This document shows positions 60,570-64,000 of a DNA stretch of 64,000 bases, piece by piece (the stretch's first letter is position 1; the number at the start of each line of letters is the position of its first letter). The DNA lies in the NCBI GenBank assembly GCA_963812155.1, contig CAWETW010000003.1, positions 1,152,001 through 1,216,000 of the forward strand. Direction: 5' to 3'. This DNA comes from Vulcanimicrobiota bacterium (GTDB taxonomy: Bacteria > Vulcanimicrobiota > Vulcanimicrobiia > Vulcanimicrobiales > Vulcanimicrobiaceae). The position numbers and the translations under genes are program-made. Below the pieces are notes generated by a model, which was given only the letters and a program-made list of their open reading frames with translations, had not been told where the DNA came from and ran no database searches.

Positions 60570-60606
60570 AGGCTTCCAACCGCTCGTAGACCACGGCCGG
60601 GGGCCG

Positions 60607-60746
60607 TGATATACTTTGCGCGGCCGCCCGGCAACCCGGACGGCTCAGCACTACGCCCGGCATGGAGGCTGGGCGCCGATGGTTCCGCGACGCGACCGCA
60701 GCGCCGGGATGGCCCGCGGCCGGGAGCCAGAAAGGTTTATTTCACC
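60607..60746 (+). promoter_or_regulatory. rpsB extended -10 promoter and long structured 5' leader
   Basis: TGaTATACT (60607-15); about 125-nt GC-rich leader before ATG 60747. Confidence 0.55.
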
Positions 60747-61535
60747 ATGTCCGTCGTCACCATGCGGGAACTCCTCGAAGCGGGCGTCCACTTCGGCCAC
60801 CAAACGCGCCGTTGGAACCCCAAGATGAAGCCCTTCATCTTTCAGGAACGCAATGGAATTTACATCATCGATCTCGCGCTGACCGTTCAGAAGCTGCGAG
60901 AGACCGTCGAAGCCGTCAAGCAGCTCTCGCGCGAAGGGCGCGTGATTCTCTTCGTCGGCACGAAGAAGCAGGCGCAAGACGCCGTACGCGAAGAGGCCGA
61001 ACGCGCCGGCACGTTTTACGTGAACCAGCGCTGGCTCGGCGGAACGCTGACCAACTTCGCGACGATTCAGAAGCGCATCGCGCGCCTGCGCGAGCTCGAG
61101 AACATGAAGGTTCAGGGCGACTTCGACCGGCTTCCTAAAAAAGAAGTCGCGAGGCTGCAGGACGAGATGAACAAGCTCGAGCGTTTCTTGGGCGGCATCA
61201 AAGACATGCATCGTCTGCCCGACGCGATTTTCATCGTCGATCCGAAGAAAGAACGCATCGCCGTGCTCGAGGCGCGCAAGCTCGGCATTCCGATCATCGC
61301 TGTGATCGATACCAACTGCGATCCCGATGAAATCGACTATCCGATTCCCGGCAACGACGACGCGATTCGCGCCGTGAAGCTGCTCGTCGGAAAGATCGCC
61401 GACGCGATCGTCGAGGGCCGCACCGAAAGCGAAAGTGCCTACGACGAATCGGCGTACGGCGGCGCTCCGCAGGACGAGTACGTCGAGGAAGCACCGACGA
61501 CGCTGGCCGAGGCCGAGGCCGCCGCCGCCGTCTAA
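60747..61535 (+). CDS. rpsB: 30S ribosomal protein S2
   Basis: [42 protein letters not shown]. Confidence 0.99.
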   Translation: MSVVTMRELLEAGVHFGHQTRRWNPKMKPFIFQERNGIYIIDLALTVQKLRETVEAVKQLSREGRVILFVGTKKQAQDAVREEAERAGTFYVNQRWLGGTLTNFATIQKRIARLRELENMKVQGDFDRLPKKEVARLQDEMNKLERFLGGIKDMHRLPDAIFIVDPKKERIAVLEARKLGIPIIAVIDTNCDPDEIDYPIPGNDDAIRAVKLLVGKIADAIVEGRTESESAYDESAYGGAPQDEYVEEAPTTLAEAEAAAAV

Positions 61536-61559
61536 CAGACAGAGAGAGGAAAGGGACCC

Positions 61560-62168
61560 GTGTCGACCGCGATGTCGTATCAACCCAAAGCCGACGAAAT
61601 CAAGGCGCTGCGCGAAGAAACCAGCGCGCCGATGATGGACTGCCGCAAGGCGCTCGTGGAGGCGGCGGGTGACGTCGCCAAAGCAAAAACGCTTTTGCTG
61701 GAGCGCGGCGCGGCGCAGGCCGCAAAAAAGGCCGAGCGCACTGCCAACGAGGGCATCGTGACCAGCTACGTTCACGCCGGCGGAAAGATCGGCGTGCTCG
61801 TCGAGGTCAACAGCGAGACCGACTTCGTAGCGCGCAATCCGAAGTTCGCAGAGTTGTCGCGCGACATCGCCATGCACATCGCGGCCATGTCGCCGCAGTA
61901 CCTCGACCGCGAGAGCGTGCCCGCCGAAACCGTCGACCAGGCGCGCGCCGAGTTCCGCGCGGCGGTGCCTCCCGGCAAGCCTCCGGAGGTCGCCGAACGC
62001 ATCGTCGAAGGCAAGCTGAACAAATGGTTCGAGGAGCATTGCCTGCTCGACCAAGCATTCGTCAAGGACGACGCCCTCAGCGTCGGCGATTTGCTCAACG
62101 CCGCCATCGGTTCGCTGGGCGAGAAAATCCGCGTGCGGCGCTTCGTGAAATACGCGCTCGGCGAATAA
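61560..62168 (+). CDS. tsf: elongation factor Ts (short form)
   Basis: [29 protein letters not shown]. Confidence 0.98.
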   Translation: MSTAMSYQPKADEIKALREETSAPMMDCRKALVEAAGDVAKAKTLLLERGAAQAAKKAERTANEGIVTSYVHAGGKIGVLVEVNSETDFVARNPKFAELSRDIAMHIAAMSPQYLDRESVPAETVDQARAEFRAAVPPGKPPEVAERIVEGKLNKWFEEHCLLDQAFVKDDALSVGDLLNAAIGSLGEKIRVRRFVKYALGE

Positions 62169-62178
62169 GGAAAGCTCG

Positions 62179-62922
62179 TTGACGCTCGATCGCCCGCGAT
62201 TCTCGCGCGTTCTGCTGAAAATCTCCGGCGAAGCCTTCGCCGGCGACGACACCGGCGTCGACGTCAACACGACGCGCGCGATGGCCGAGCAAATCGGCGA
62301 AGTCAGCCGGGCCGGCGTGTCGATCGCAGTCGTCGTGGGCGGTGGAAACATCTGGCGCGGCAAGGTGCACGAAGAGGCCGGGATGGAGCGCGCCACGGCG
62401 GATTACATGGGCATGCTCGCGACGGTCATCAACGCGCTGGCGCTGCAGGACGCGCTCGAGCGCATGGGCGTTCCTTCGCGCGTGCAGACGGCAATCGCGA
62501 TGCACCAGATTGCCGAACCCTACATCCGCCGCCGTGCGATCCGCCATCTCGAGAAGGGGCGCGTCGTGATTTTTGCCGCCGGAACGGGTAATCCGTACTT
62601 CACCACCGATACCACGGCCGCGCTGCGCGCGGTCGAAGTGAACGCCGAAGCGATCCTCAAGGCGACGAAGGTCGACGGCATTTACTCCGCCGATCCGAAG
62701 AAACACCCGAATGCCACGCGTTTCGAACGCCTGGAGTACATGGAGGTACTGCAACGCGGCCTCGAAGTGATGGATTCGACGGCAATGGCGCTGTGCATGG
62801 ATAACGCGCTGCCGGTGATCGTCTTCGACATGGCGGTGCCCGACAACATCCGGCGCGTCATTTGGGGCGAGGCGATCGGCACGTACGTCGGACGGCTCCA
62901 GCCCGAACCCGCGGGAGCGTAA
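62179..62922 (+). CDS. pyrH: UMP kinase
   Basis: [30 protein letters not shown]. Confidence 0.98.
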   Translation: MTLDRPRFSRVLLKISGEAFAGDDTGVDVNTTRAMAEQIGEVSRAGVSIAVVVGGGNIWRGKVHEEAGMERATADYMGMLATVINALALQDALERMGVPSRVQTAIAMHQIAEPYIRRRAIRHLEKGRVVIFAAGTGNPYFTTDTTAALRAVEVNAEAILKATKVDGIYSADPKKHPNATRFERLEYMEVLQRGLEVMDSTAMALCMDNALPVIVFDMAVPDNIRRVIWGEAIGTYVGRLQPEPAGA

Positions 62923-62926
62923 GCGC

Positions 62927-63487
62927 ATGAATAACGATCCGTATTTCAAAGAGATCGAGTCGCGCATGACCAAGTGCGTGGAAGCGACGCGCTCGGAGTT
63001 TGCGTCGATCCGCACCGGGCGCGCGACGCCCGCCCTTCTCGACCGGCTGCACGTCGACGCGTACGGGCAAGCGGTGCCCCTCAAACAGGTTGCCGGCGTT
63101 TCGGTGCCCGATACGCGCACGCTGGTGATCGCGGCGTGGGACAAAAGCGTCGTTCCCGAGATAAAAAAGGCGATCGAGAAGAGCGACCTCGGACTCACGC
63201 CCAACATCGACGGCACGTCGATTCGCCTGACGATTCCGCCGCTCAATGAAGAGCGCCGCAAAGACCTGGCCAAAATCGTGAAGAAGAAGGGCGAGGACGG
63301 GAAGATCGCGGTGCGCAACGTCCGGCACAAGGCGCACGACGAGATCAAAGGCCGGCTCAAGCAGCACGAGATTACCGAGGACGACAACAAGCGCATGCAG
63401 GACGCCTTGCAAAAGCTGACCGACCGGTACATCAAGGAGATCGACGCGCTGGTCGCTGCCAAAGAGCACGAGATCATGGAAGTGTGA
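62927..63487 (+). CDS. frr: ribosome recycling factor
   Basis: IRTGRA, PPLNEERRK, VRNVR. Confidence 0.98.
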   Translation: MNNDPYFKEIESRMTKCVEATRSEFASIRTGRATPALLDRLHVDAYGQAVPLKQVAGVSVPDTRTLVIAAWDKSVVPEIKKAIEKSDLGLTPNIDGTSIRLTIPPLNEERRKDLAKIVKKKGEDGKIAVRNVRHKAHDEIKGRLKQHEITEDDNKRMQDALQKLTDRYIKEIDALVAAKEHEIMEV

Positions 63488-63714
63488 ACGACCTAGCGCT
63501 GGTCTGCGAGGTCGATGCGCGGCGCGCGCTGCGAGAGCATCGCTTGCGCCTGTGTGTGCTCGTTCCGTTCGGCGGTTGGATCGGCTGCGGCAAACTTCGG
63601 GTGTTGCGGCTGCAAGTTCACGACGACGAGAGCGCGACGCTGACGGCGGGATACGAGTCGTATCGCCGAGCGCTTCCGCAACGCCGCCCGTCCCGCGACG
63701 GACGCGCCGCATGA
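63484..63714 (+). CDS. small hypothetical protein (76 aa)
   Basis: GTGA overlap with frr and ATGA overlap with uppS. Confidence 0.6.
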   Translation: MNDLALVCEVDARRALREHRLRLCVLVPFGGWIGCGKLRVLRLQVHDDESATLTAGYESYRRALPQRRPSRDGRAA

Positions 63715-64000
63715 TTCACCCGGCACGCCGGCCGGCTGTCGTCGAGCCCTCGATCGTTCCGCGGCACGTCGCCATCATCATGGACGGCAACCGCCGCTGG
63801 GCAAAGCGGCGCGGTTTACCCGCCATCGAAGGGCATCGTCGCGGCATCGTCTCGCTGCGGCGCGTCACGCAGGCGGCGAGCGACCTTGGAATTAACGTGC
63901 TCACGGTCTACGGATTTTCGACCGAAAACTGGAATCGCGACGCGCGCGAAATCTCGCTGCTCTTCGATCTGTGCGTCTATTTCGCGCGTAACGAGCTCGC
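63711..64000 (+). CDS. uppS: undecaprenyl diphosphate synthase (partial, runs off window)
   Basis: PRHVAIIMDGNRRWA, GH..G, YGFSTENWNR. Confidence 0.97.
   Translation, partial: MIHPARRPAVVEPSIVPRHVAIIMDGNRRWAKRRGLPAIEGHRRGIVSLRRVTQAASDLGINVLTVYGFSTENWNRDAREISLLFDLCVYFARNEL

Noticed and set aside
10114..63477. Many long antisense or shadow ORFs (e.g. 10114-11691, 28247-30022, 47271-49019, 60651-62396)
   Set aside because: Expected in high-GC DNA opposite genuine genes; no motifs

Overview
High-GC bacterial chromosomal window. The gene content and lineage-typical secreted families suggest Candidatus Eremiobacterota/Vulcanimicrobiota, but this is inference and was not verified. It is mostly core and accessory metabolism: a LexA-boxed solitary dnaE2, Lhr helicase, two head-to-head phosphoesterases, six tRNAs, panE-recG-M16 peptidase-rsmD-coaD, thiolase/crt/hbd, a vapBC pair, phoU, a Moco/queG operon, an ECF sigma/anti-sigma pair, a photolyase-family gene, an MsbA-like ABC transporter, csrA, cysC-sat and rpsB-tsf-pyrH-frr-uppS. 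No CRISPR array, prophage, integrase or IS was seen. About seven single-base frameshifts in otherwise intact genes look like sequencing indels. The most interesting signals missed by the ORF track are: (1) a complete promoter/31-aa leader peptide/antiterminator/terminator attenuator in front of a single 65-aa orphan gene (19533-19988); (2) a photolyase-family protein that has lost most CPD-binding and photoreduction residues, directly after an ECF sigma and a zinc-finger anti-sigma fused to a TonB C-terminal domain; (3) a REP-like palindromic element inserted in frame in Lhr, with a second intergenic copy; (4) a structured leader with a 21-aa uORF before an ATP-grasp-like gene; (5) a recurrent SigH-like GG-N17/18-GAA motif 8-10 nt before start codons.
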